This document shows, piece after piece, positions 11,566 to 22,557 of a stretch of 64,000 nucleotides of DNA (positions within the stretch are counted from its first letter, which is position 1; every line of letters starts with the position of its first letter). The translations under genes were made by a program, and so were the position numbers. Source of the stretch: Obrimoposthia wandeli (taxonomy: Eukaryota); contig CDROCS010000529.1 in NCBI GenBank assembly GCA_977020255.1, positions 124,001 through 188,000 on the forward strand. The letters are read 5' to 3'. The notes beneath the pieces were generated by a model. That model had not been told where the DNA came from. It ran no database searches and saw only the letters and a list, made by a program, of their open reading frames with translations.

Positions 11566-12156
11566 TCCAAATATATATTATTAGCACATATGTAATTGTT
11601 TTGAAAGCTGTATGACACTTTTATTTTCTTTAAATTATATAATTTCTCATATTTTAATAAAAATTTATTCCTGTTTTTTGTAGAAGGATAAAAGAAATTT
11701 GTTATAAATATTTCAGGAATTTTACAAAAGAGGTCAAGGTCAAATTTTGTTTTCAAATCGTTTCTTTTCGTTAACTGAAATCTTGTAAAAATAAACTGAA
11801 CAATTTTGAAGAAAGATAAGATAAATTCTTAAGGAGTTTTTTGTAAGGAGCTATACAAACATAACGAGTTATCTACATTTAATTCATGTTGAAAATTTAA
11901 GAAAAATACTTTTAATTCGGAGTTTAAGTGCCAAAAATAAGATAAATGAAATGCAGATATGGTCTACTAAATAACATAAAGCATGTCCAGAGTTCTGAAA
12001 TTTTCATTTTACGGTCTTGAGAACGTTTGCAAAATAGTTTATTTACCCGCTACATTAGATAAAATAGAAAAATAATTCTCATGTGTAATAACCCATAAAT
12101 TTGGTCACATCACTGTTATATGTAATGTGACCAGCTGTCATATTTGGCAGAAGACA

Positions 12157-12275
12157 GTAGATGGTTATGTCTGGCCTAATCCACCACTCTCCATATCCCG
12201 AGGAGTGGGGTATGTAAACAACATACCTTTAAAACGTATATGTGTGTATGAAGCGAGAATTTGTGCTTGCATCTT
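12157..12275 (+). mobile_element. Diverged terminus related to the MITE at 59808-60245
   Basis: GTAGATGGTTATGTCTGGCCTAATCCACC..CCTTTAAAACGTATATGTGTGT resembles the MITE TIR GTAGGTGGATGTGTCCGGTCTAATCCACC..CCTTTAAAACCGTGTATGTGTGT. Confidence 0.5.
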
Positions 12276-12584
12276 AAATATGTATGTCTAGATATTTTTC
12301 AATCTGAAAGATACATAAACGTTTTAACCCAAGAGCAATTTACTGGTGGCGGATATTTCAACAGTCAAGCTTGTGAAAAGGAATTGGAAGATTAGAAAAT
12401 ATGATACTTAAATTCAATCAAGCGCAAGTTAACATGCGGTCTTCACCAAAAGACATCTCGTGTGTATGTGTGTTCAAGCTTAAGTTATATACATGTGTAT
12501 GTATATATGTAGGTGTACTCTTTCAACTCACGTGTATAATACCTCTATTTATTTGCAACAAAGGAACTATTCATCATAAAGACA

Positions 12585-12990
12585 TCAATTATCCTCAATA
12601 TATTTTGAAAAAACATTAGTTTGTTCAAACTGTATTGCTCTGTATACAAAATCTACCTTAGCACCAAGTCTAACGTACATTTGTAATAATCTAGAATGTA
12701 CAACATAATGTTTCTTAGGGTACTGTGTTAGTAATAATTTTTCAGTCTTACACCCTGGTGGGTGCTGTTTAATTGGAGCAAGTGGAAGATCGTCGAATTT
12801 ATTATGTAGCTCATTGGGAATTGATAAATCTATTTCCAATAAATAAGCGAAGCGACTACATGATAAATCTGCTGATTTTAAGCTGGAAATAATATTCTCC
12901 AACTCTAATCGATCAGTTAAGTAGGCAGATGTGGCACTTCTGGAATAAAGCCCCCCCATAGGACAAGATGTTTTTATTGTAACTTTCAGG
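12585..12990 (-). pseudogene. Fragment of a second, divergent protein-primed family B DNA polymerase
   Basis: YLLEIDLSIPNELHNKFDDLPLAP..KLLLT..KKHYVVHSRLLQMY..G is homologous to, but clearly different from, 18590-18780; YGGALFQK in an adjacent frame resembles YGWALSQ. Confidence 0.85.
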
Positions 12991-13370
12991 TGACTCATCG
13001 ATGACTCTTCGAACAAATACCATGACTCATCGATAAAGTCATCGATGACTCATATCCTTTGTTCTCCTAAAGTGCACATGACTCATCACGTGACCTCACG
13101 AGGTCACATGAGACCAAGGTCATGTGATGTAGGTCAAAGTTCTCCTGAGTACACTTTTTTTCAAGGTCACATGTAGCTAAAGATCATGTGACCTCACGAG
13201 ATCACATTACGTCATAAGTATGTCAAATTTCTCCCGAGTATGCATGATATTTCAAGGTCATGTCCTTTGTTCTATTATACTCATCACTTGAGCCCATATG
13301 CTTACTATGAGCTCAAGGTTATTATAAGGTTCATGAGCCCATGTGCTCACCATGAGCTCAAGGTTATCAT
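12990..13370. repeat. Cluster of short palindromic TGAC/GTCA repeats (enhancer- or origin-like)
   Basis: Repeated GACTCATCGATGACTC, GTGACCTCACGAG, AAGGTCA and CATGAGCTCAAGGTT; 8-bp-arm palindrome GTGACCTC-AC-GAGGTCAC at 13090-13107. Confidence 0.7.
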
Positions 13371-13590
13371 GATATTAAGTTCACTTTCTTTTAATACTTC
13401 GAAACATCTTATTAAAATTTAAACAACTTTAAATAGTTTACTTATATTTTATGAGTAACTAAAATAAATCAAGTTCTATAAGTATTTACACATGAGTTAC
13501 TATGATTTTATAAAATAACTTTAAGAATTACATGTATGTATGTATGTATGTGAGCATATTTGATTACTAGTAGATTAACAAAGACATCAG

Positions 13591-13866
13591 ATGACATCCC
13601 TTGCACATATTTTGCAACTAAATGTTGATTGTATCTAAGATGATGATGATGTAACATCTGAAGATTTTAAGGAACGTTATCCATTTTTTACATTCGTATT
13701 GGCCCCTGACTTTGTTATAAATCAACATTCATTACTGAGACAAGGTAATCTAAGACTTGACGCAAAGTTTCTCAAAGGATGGAAACATCCGCCAAACATT
13801 ATAATTTACAGTGTTTTCGATACTGAAATTCAAGTAACTAAAAGTAAACGTGCAATTGTTGGATGA
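13591..13866 (+). pseudogene. C-terminal part of a Polinton/adintovirus major capsid protein
   Basis: EDFKERYPFFTFVLAPD..GNLRLDAKF..IIIYSVFDTEIQV matches the Polinton MCP C-terminal pattern (F.FDLTPD..G.LRLE..F..IVY..FD..IEI); one internal stop. Confidence 0.75.
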
Positions 13867-13899
13867 AGTAATTGTTTATTGATCTGAATAATAATTAAT

Positions 13900-14241
13900 G
13901 TAGTTATCAAAAGGTTAATACTGTGGGAATTGAATTATTGGAACATAAATTCAAAGTATTGTTTCCCATGGATAAAATACCGACTCTAAAGCTGGGGATA
14001 TGTTGTAAATACTCATACGAGTAATTTGCCTGGTGAACACTGGATTGCACTATTCGTGAGACGTGATAGTGGACACGTATTCGACCCTCTAGGAATTTAT
14101 TATCCATCAGCACTCATCAGACATGTATAAACTCAAGGGAAACGCCATGTATTATATAATAAAACTGGTATGCAAAACCCATTAACTACTTATTGTGGTC
14201 CTTTATGTCTTTTATGGTTGTATCATCAAGTTTCTCAATAA
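13900..14241 (+). pseudogene. Adenain-like cysteine protease (Polinton PRO)
   Basis: FKVLFPMDKIP../GYVVNTHTSNLPGEHWIALF..VFDPLG..MQNPLTTYCGPLCLLWL contains the catalytic His, Asp, oxyanion Gln and Cys motifs of clan CE proteases; one frameshift and one stop. Confidence 0.9.
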
Positions 14242-15438
14242 AATTTTAGGACTTTAAATGACATATTTTATAAAAGTATGTATAAAGATTATAAATAATA
14301 ATCATTTCAATAAATTTTTTTAATACATTTGTAAATTTCATGTTTTACAATCGTTACAAATTAGTTTTATAAAAATAATAATAAACCTTTTCAAAAAATA
14401 TCAATTCAAAATTTAAAAATTCTAAGAAATACTGTATGATCATACTAAATTAAATAAAACAGACAACTAAAAATAATTTAAAAAATATACTACGTTGTAG
14501 GCTTTTATTACCAAAATTTTATTTTTAGTATAAGTTGTTTCATTGAAATATTACGTTGCAGTATTTTGATCTTGTATATAAACAAGACATTATCATCATG
14601 AAAATTTTAAGAATATTAAAAATAAATAAGCAATTACAATCACTTATTCATGTGATTACAATACGGCTTTTCATGATAACATTAGTTGTAGTATTTTGAT
14701 ATTGTATATAAACAAGACATTATCATTAATGGCCCCCTCTGTTTGACGATTTTTGATATAAGTAATTTTTGAATATTTTTATTGTTTTTATATTGTTATT
14801 TAGATTCATTTATTGGAAATTTGAAGTTGAAGTTGGATTTAAAAATCTAGAATTGAAAAGGTTTTATTGATTGAAAAGTTAAGAAATTGAGAAGATTATT
14901 TTTGATACGATTTGTGATATAAGCTATTGTGTTTGAAGCTATCAAGAAGTTAAAACTATCAAGAAGTAATTGTGACTATTTCTTTGACGCTCTATCTCTC
15001 TTGAATCTCTATATCTCTCTCTATTATTATAATATATATTTTTATAATGATTAACTTTAACAATTTTAAAAATGATAACATTGCTGCCCTGTTTTCGGAT
15101 GAAGGGCTCCCCGCTTTAGGCGGCTCCGTAATGAATATGTTATCATCCCCTTTTAAAAATAACAACAGCAATAACACTAAATATTTTTCATTCAAAAAAC
15201 CACATCCGGTTTCCCCATCAGGTAGCCCAAACACATCTCCTTTTAAGGATACAAGCCAATTTTAGTCGATAATAGCGATAATAAAACCCCATATAAAAAT
15301 TATTATCGTGATGCACGAGATAATATTAATGCTAAATCAATAATCAAAGTTAAAGTGCTAGGTAAACGGGGTAAGCGCCTTAAGGATAAGCTAAAACGAC
15401 GCTTTGAAAAGAAGGAAACTTAAAAGGAGCTAGAATAA

Positions 15439-15886
15439 TTGACAATTCATGCTGATTTATTGCATGCCGTTAAACTAATAAAAATTGAACCTGATAAACT
15501 AATTAGGGACCTGGCTGAAAAATTTATTCGGTTCAAGCAAATTATATTTTAAACAAAATGAAAAGTATTTTAATTTTTGTGACAAGGTTAGTGATGTCTT
15601 ATATGACGGAGTACTTGTCACCGTTTTCCCTAAAATGTTTGGTGTACATTCTAGTTTTAATGATCGTTTTATGAATATCAATACAAATTTACTTAATTGT
15701 TTTAAAGTTATTAAAATATCACAAGATGCCCTGATAAAAGACTTAGCTGAGAAAATTTACTCAATATATGGAACCCGAAAATTATATTTTAATCATTTAG
15801 GTACATCATTTAACTTTGATGATAGGTTAGGTGATGTAATGTTTGATGGCGCCTTAATTAGTGTTTTTCTTAAAGTATTTGGTGGT
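15439..15886 (+). pseudogene. Two tandem ubiquitin-like domains upstream of pPolB; the second ends in Gly-Gly
   Basis: UBL1 TIHADLLHAVKLIKIEPDKLIRDLAEK/GSSKLYF..FNFCDKVSDVLYDGVLVTVFPKMFGV; UBL2 MNINTNLLNCFKVIKISQDALIKDLAEKIYSIYGTRKLYFNHLGTSFNFDDRLGDVMFDGALISVFLKVFGG; length and hydrophobic pattern follow ubiquitin; the units are clearly paralogous. Confidence 0.7.
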
Positions 15887-16453
15887 TCCCCACCACCATG
15901 TAACTTTATAACTATTGTACTAATAATTGTCACGATGTTATGAAAAAATATTATAAGTTTAAAAAGTGGTACATATGTCCCTTGTATGATATATTATTCA
16001 CAAAAAAAATATATATATATATTTTTATTCAAATCATAAAAATCCCTTAACTTACTTTAATACCAAGAAATCATATTATAAACGTAAATCATCATCATCA
16101 CTTTCAAGAAGTAATAAAGTTATAAAACTAGAAACAATTAATAATATAATACCGGTTTATAATTTTGATAATAGTTTTAGTTTCAAAATAGTTGATAGTT
16201 GGTCACGTCTTAATAGTCCAACATTTCCTCCTAATTTTGATTTCACTACATTTTTAAATAATGATGATGAATTAGATAAGCATTTAATAAATCCCTATAT
16301 TTTAATGATTTACTTTATACACATGAAAAGCCATTTGTTGATGAATTATATAATGATTTTATAGCAACTGTAGGCCTTGAAGCAATAACAAGTACTCAAA
16401 TAGGTGGTGTACTTCAAGATAATCTTATTTTTGATACTAAATCTAACCAGAAT

Positions 16454-19400
16454 ATGCTAAAACTGGTTATTAATAATGATATGAAAAATGATTTATTAAA
16501 TAAAATTAATGCATTTGGGCCTTGTAAAATTCAATTTTGTATTCAAGCTCAATTTGTAAACATAGAAAACCAATTTAAAACATGGCATATTAGTTGTAAG
16601 GCTGCAGTTTACGACGATGATTTTATTTTTATTATAACAGATAAGTTAAATAATTGTATTGAAAAATACTCGGAATTGAGTAGTGGTTGGTCAATCCATA
16701 AAATATTACAAATTTCTTTTAAATTAACTAAATTATCCAGTGTTTCGGGTTCTTCATTTATACCAACACCACTTAAATTATTAAATAAAATGGCATTGAT
16801 CAATGTAAAAAACGATGATAATAAATGTTTTCTCTATGCTATTCTTAGTGTTTTAAAACATGATGAAATTTGTCATAGAGATCGAACATCTTCTTGTGAT
16901 CAATATTTAAATGAGTTAAAATGTCAGCCGGGTCCTATGCCTTTAACCTCAATACCTCAATTTGAACGTGATAACCAAATAGCAATTACAGTTTTTAAGT
17001 ATTCTGAAATTAATAGTAAATACCCGATTAAAGATGTGGTGAAAATTCCTGATGTTAGTATAATTTACCGAACAAAACTACGGGAATGTAATCAAATTGT
17101 TAATTTACTTTTGTTAGAAGACCGTAACACTTATCATTATTGTGGTATTCCTAATATAAATAGATTATTTAATTGTCATAGTTATGGTTTACGCCTTTAC
17201 TGGTGTCCGAAATGTCTTTTTGGTTTTCGAACTGGGGCTGCTTATGATAAACATATAATCCATTGCAATTTTAATACTGATACTACAACTTTATTCACTA
17301 TGCCGGATAATAAATATTGTGAATTCACAGATTGGTCAAAGTCAGTTCAACCTCATTTTGTAGTTTACGCTGATTTTGAAAGTGTTTTAGGACCTAATGT
17401 GACTGTTAAACATATTCATACTCCCATTGCAGTTGGAATGTTGTTGAAAAATAATGTTACTGACACAATAGAATACTTTTCGTATTTCGGTTTAGATTGT
17501 GCTATCAACTTTATTAATAAATTAACGGAAATTCTTAATAAAATTGTTGTACTTTTTTGTAGAAATAATATGAACGCACGTCTTATAATGACAAATGAAA
17601 ATCAGGTAGCTTTTCAAGCGAGTCGCATATGTTACCTTTGTTATAAAATCACTAGAAATTTAGTCCGTGGTAATGATCATATTTCAGGTGCATTATTGGG
17701 TGCAGCATGTAATAAATGTAATTTATCTCGTAGATTCGGTAAGTGGCCTATGTTACCAGTACTTTTTCACAACTTAATGGGTTATGATATTCATCATATT
17801 TTAAAATTTTCAAAATTAAAAGGGAAAGGTTATTCAATCATACCCAAATCTATTGAAAAATTTATGGATCTCAAAATAGAATTATTAACTGGAACATTGA
17901 CATTTTTAGATTCATATATTTTTTACCACAACTAGTCTTGAAAGATTGGTTAGTTATCTTCCAAGTTCGCCGTATACATCAAGATATTTTAGTACTGATT
18001 TGTTATCTACTAAAGGTGTTTTTCCCTATGAATATATTTCCAGTGAATCTAACTTGTATGAAGATAGATTACCTCCAAAATGTGAATTTCCTGATAGCGT
18101 TACAGATGATAAATATAATTTAGCTCATACAATGTGGACGAAACTAGCTTGCATTAATATTAACGACTATATGATGGAATATATGCGTCTTGATGTATAC
18201 TTACTTTGTGATGTATTTGAGTATTTTAGACAGAAAGTTAGATTTGATGATAATTTTGAGGATCTTTATTTCTTTAGTATACCCGGTTTTAGTATGTGTA
18301 GTGCAGTAAAATCATTAAAACATAAAGTAGAATTGATACATGATCCGGAAATGTTTAATTTATTTGAAGCAGGTATTAGAGGAGGTATGACTTTTGTTAA
18401 TAAACATTATTGTAAGTCCGATGATAGTACATCACTTCTCTATATAGATGTGAATAACTTATACGGATGGGCTTTAAGTCAACCTTTACTGCATATAGAA
18501 TTTAAATGGGTGCATAATAATTTTGATGATATTTTGAATTTAGTTGGAAGTGAAAAGGATTTAAGTAAAACCGTATGGGGTTTTCTTGTTGAAGTAGATT
18601 TACATATTCCGGATCATATACATGATAAAGTTGATGACTTACCTATTGGACCACATAAGATGTGTCAACCAAACTCAAAAACTCCTAAATTACTTTTAAC
18701 ACATAATGATAAAGAACATTATGTAATACATTTTCGTTTACTACAATTCTATGTTTTTCTTGGTGCTGAAATCTTAAACATTCATAGGGATATTCGGTTT
18801 AGACATGCACCCGTTTTAAAACAATATATAGATTTTAATTCAAACAAGCGGGCAACTAGTGTTAATAAGTTTGAATATGAGTTTTACAAATAAAAAAATA
18901 ATACCGGTAAAACGGTTAAGAATCTTAAGAGGCGACTTGATATTAAATTATGTAATAATGATAAACGGTTTGAAAAATTAGTTTCAAATCCTTGGTTTAA
19001 ACGACATACTCAAATAAATGATGATTTAAATTTAGTTTTTATGCAGAAACAGGAAATATGTTTAAATCGGCCTTCATATATCGGTCAAGCTGTACGTGAT
19101 CTATCTAAATTACGAATGTATCAATTACAATATGTTGAGCTTGAACAATATAGGCAAACTTTTAATTGTAGTATTATAATTGTAGCTATGGACAAAGATT
19201 CTATTTTACTTGAGTGTGTGAATATTAATAAGGATAAATTACTCAAAGAAATGATTAAGGATGGGTATTTAGATACGAATAATTATCCTAAAACACATCG
19301 TTGTATTCTGAAAACTTTAAAGCTGTAATTGGAAAATGTAAAGATGAAAGTGAGGATACTGATTATAATGAATGGGTTTTCTTAAAATGAAATTGTTATT

Positions 19401-19644
19401 CACTTCAAAATAAATTAAGAGCTAAGGGTATTTTTTAAAACAAACTAACTTAAGACATCAAGACTACCTCAATTGTTATGAAAATGAAGAAATTATTAGT
19501 ATTAACCAGTCACGTATAGCATTGATTAACCATCAGCTTCATACAACATTTACTTCTAAAGTTGCTTTAAAATGTTTTGACGATAAAAGGAGATGGGTTA
19601 ATAAGAATAAAAGCCTTGCTTACGGTCATTTTAATTTAACTTAA
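16454..19644 (+). pseudogene. Protein-primed family B DNA polymerase of a Polinton/adintovirus (terminal-protein region, exonuclease with EndoVII-like insert, polymerase), disrupted
   Basis: ORFs 16454..17935, 17946..18893, 19041..19328: NVKNDDNKCF, VYADFES, HNLMGYD, GIRGG, YIDVNNLYGWALSQ, MDKDS (degenerate YxDTDS), DDKR and LAYGH C-terminus; stops, frameshifts and a damaged motif B. Confidence 0.95.
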
Positions 19645-19862
19645 TAATTTCTAAATAAGATATATAGTTAGTTATTGTTGTTGTTATTATTATTTAATGT
19701 CATCATTTGTACACACACTCATTCACTTGTATATATTAATACATCTTTTGTGTTTAATCGCTTTATTTATTATATAGGATTATTTTGATTAGTTGACCAA
19801 TTATATTGAAGTTACGTTTTTATATAATCGAAACACTTTAGTTTTAAAATCATTTCATCATT

Positions 19863-20045
19863 ATGACTCTAAGTACTTTAGACATGTTATGCGCTCTTCG
19901 TATCAATCTTAAAGAAGACATTTTCAAGCTATATACATCTCAATATTTTTCATTATATTGTTCTCCGAAACATTTCGAATTAAGGATAGTAGAACCTTTC
20001 CAATATCATCAACGTAAGATTTTTATTTTAAAATATTTAATATGA
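19863..20045 (+). CDS. Hypothetical small ORF downstream of pPolB (mirror at 28842..29024)
   Basis: ORF track only; position in the viral gene array. Confidence 0.25.
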   Translation: MTLSTLDMLCALRINLKEDIFKLYTSQYFSLYCSPKHFELRIVEPFQYHQRKIFILKYLI

Positions 20046-20179
20046 ATTTAATAGTTATGGGAGATATTCAATACTAATATCATCATGAGACGCCGAATTG
20101 TAATCATATGAATAAATAAATATTTGATTTATTATTTGTCTTTTTCAAGGTTAAAGGTTTACTATAACCAAAAGTAATA

Positions 20180-20374
20180 TAAGTATATAATCTTTGCCAA
20201 AGGTGCTGCCTGGTCTTCTGATGAAGGGCTCCCCTCTTAGGAGGCGCTGCAAGGGAAACTTTGGTAACTTAATTTTTGTTTTAAACAGTAAGATATAGCG
20301 CCATATTTGAAAATGGTCATTAAATCGTGCATACAACGCTAAAATGGTTTTGTAGTAAAGGGTACTCCTACGGG
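20180..20374. repeat. Truncated paralogue of the Polinton subterminal region at 1890-2085
   Basis: Colinear similarity (TCTTTGCCAAA..GGGCTCC..AAATCGTGCATACAACGCTAAAATGGTTTTGTAGTAAAG); cut at 20375. Confidence 0.7.
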
Positions 20375-20548
20375 GTGAATTCACAATATTTATTATCCAG
20401 CATAGTGAATAAAGTTGTAGTATCAGTATTAAAATTACAATGGATTATATGTTTATCATAATCAGCCACAATTCGGACACCAAAAAATCGTAAACCATAA
20501 CTATGACAATTAAATAATCTATTTAAACTAGGAACACAACACTACTGA
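20375..20548 (-). repeat. Short inverted, diverged copy of pPolB sequence ~17130-17328
   Basis: Starts at palindrome GTGAATTCAC; reverse complement of the PolB segment with an internal deletion; also present in the 28340-28515 mirror. Confidence 0.8.
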
Positions 20549-22160
20549 TGTTAGGATTAGGTTTTGAGTAATTTTAAATAATTAATTAATTTTATACTAA
20601 AATAAAAATCCTTGAAAGCAAGGTTAAATATAGACTAAATTAAATTTAAATATAAATTAAAATTGAAATTAAATATAGTTTTTGTAGAAACATATTAGAA
20701 CCTTGAAAGGTCATGTTTAGTGTGCGATATATATAGAGGTTAAAATTAAAGTAAAGGGCCCCAAAAAGAATTAGCCAAGAATCATAAAACTGATTAATCA
20801 GAAGAAAAAGAAAAACGAATCAATTAAGGAAATATCGACGCATTGTGAGAAGAAGGCCAGCATTCAATAATCGGCACTAATCGATTGCGAGAATATCCCG
20901 GACAAACCATTTCCGTGAGCGTCTGAAAGTATCGACGCATTGTGAGAAGGAGAAGCAGTTAGTAATCGACACTCCGGACAATCCATTACCGTAAGCGTCT
21001 GGAAGTAAGTGCTTTTGGTTGAGTTATTAATTAAATCCATTTGCAGAAATTTGGAATTTGCAGCTGCAGCCTCGAGAGTATAAAAGAGAAAGTGAGGCAG
21101 AAAATTGAGGGAGAAAATTGAGGGAGAAAATTGAAACGAAGTATCAGTGGAATCTGACAAGTTAGAGGAAGATTGTAGAATCGAGAAGTGGAAATAGGAA
21201 CAAGCCACAAATTAAGTCTCGTAGAAAAATCGAACAGCGAAAAAATCCACGAGAAGATACAGTTGAAAAGGAGAAAAGTTATTTAGAATTCCAATAATTA
21301 GACGGCGGCCACCCAATCTCCAGAAGCAGGTGAGAAGGAAACCAGAATCGGAGAATTGGATTAATTTATCCACACCATTTTGCAGAAAACATAAGGATCC
21401 AGACGCCAACTCAACTCGCCAACCAAAACGGAACCAGAGCGAATCCAGGAGCGTAATCCGAGACACAGAGCGAATCCAGGAAGAAACTCGCCGACCGAAC
21501 CTAGGGAATCGATTCCGGAGTGAACTCAGAGGAGAAAGGACTATGTGGATTAAGAGGACGAGCAATACGAGGAAATCGGTTGGTTAAACGAAGTTTAAGT
21601 CTATATTAGTTAAAGTTTTCGCGTATTGAATTTGTAAAAGACCAAGTGTTAAGTCTAAAAAAAATTAAGTTTTTGCGTATTGAATCTATAAAAGACAAAG
21701 TGTTTAAAATCTATAAAAGATAAAGTTTTCATAATAAAGATAAATTGTGAAAGTAGGAGTGAGTGTTAGGGCCGTGTCCGTACAAAGTCAATAAACTAAC
21801 TGTATAAAATCAATCCATATTTTGAGCAACAGCTCGCTCAACTTAACCCATATTTGCCATAATTTTAGAGAAACAACCCTCTAACTTTAACCAAAATCAG
21901 CACATATTTTAGAACAACCAGCTCTCTAAACTTAATCCCTATTTAGAGTTAACAACTCTCCGAAAAACCTACCCTTTTAACCTTGCCACATTTTAGAGTA
22001 AAGACTCTAGCGACCAACCAACCCTAAAATAAAATCGATACGTGGATCATCCCCACTGGTGTAGAGACTTTGTGAAAGTCTTCGGAGTAGTATAGTCATT
22101 TTTAGAACGTAGTTAGAACGTGTTTAGCTTAGTGTGTTTAGTAATAAAAGATTTCCTACA
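20549..22160 (+). mobile_element. LTR-like block (probable solo or truncated LTR of a retrotransposon)
   Basis: Begins TGTTAGG; TATAAAAG at ~21078; internal short tandem duplications; AATAAA..TACA at 22143-22160; higher GC; no matching TSD, PBS or gag/pol seen. Confidence 0.4.
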
Positions 22161-22422
22161 ACTAGACAGCGTTGTTATAGACCCTTCCAACTTAAAAATA
22201 ACAAATCTTCAAATAAGAATTGAGACAGGCAAGCATAACATTAAGTAGGCCACAAACATTTACAAGTCCTGCTTCTATAAAACTCACGTTAGGGCCCTCC
22301 ATTCAGAGGATCTATATTAGAAAACAGTTTCATATAGAAACCCCAACAGTAGTATCAAAAATAAGATTATCTTGAAGTACACCACCTATTTGAGTACTTG
22401 TTATTGCTTCAAGACCTACAAT

Positions 22423-22557
22423 TGTAAACAACAGACCTTTAAAACGTATATGTGTGTATGAAGCGAGAATTTGTGCTTGCATCTTAAATATGTATGTCTA
22501 GATATTTTTCAATCTGAAAGATACATAAACTTTTTAACCCAAGAGCAATTTACTGGT
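22423..22557 (+). repeat. 135-bp direct copy of 12213-12347 at the inner breakpoint of the inversion
   Basis: Nearly identical (two mismatches seen); abuts the inverted arm with GT microhomology. Confidence 0.9.

Larger units (their letters stand above)
6238..11967 (+). repeat. Left arm of a 5.7-kb inverted duplication (partner 22556-28277)
   Basis: Reverse-complement identity; mirrored coordinates sum to 34527 across the tra2 gene and the hAT junction. Confidence 0.95.
16745..20610 (+). repeat. Source arm of a second inverted duplication (partner 28278-31340)
   Basis: Reverse-complement identity; partner lacks ~17992-18790. Confidence 0.92.

Noticed and set aside
12990-13370. Repeat clusters here and at 2030-2190 as CRISPR arrays
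   Set aside because: Irregular units, no unique spacers of constant length, no cas genes, eukaryotic context
20544-22165. ACTGA / ACTAG as a TSD confirming a solo LTR
   Set aside because: Two of five positions differ, so the LTR call stays low confidence
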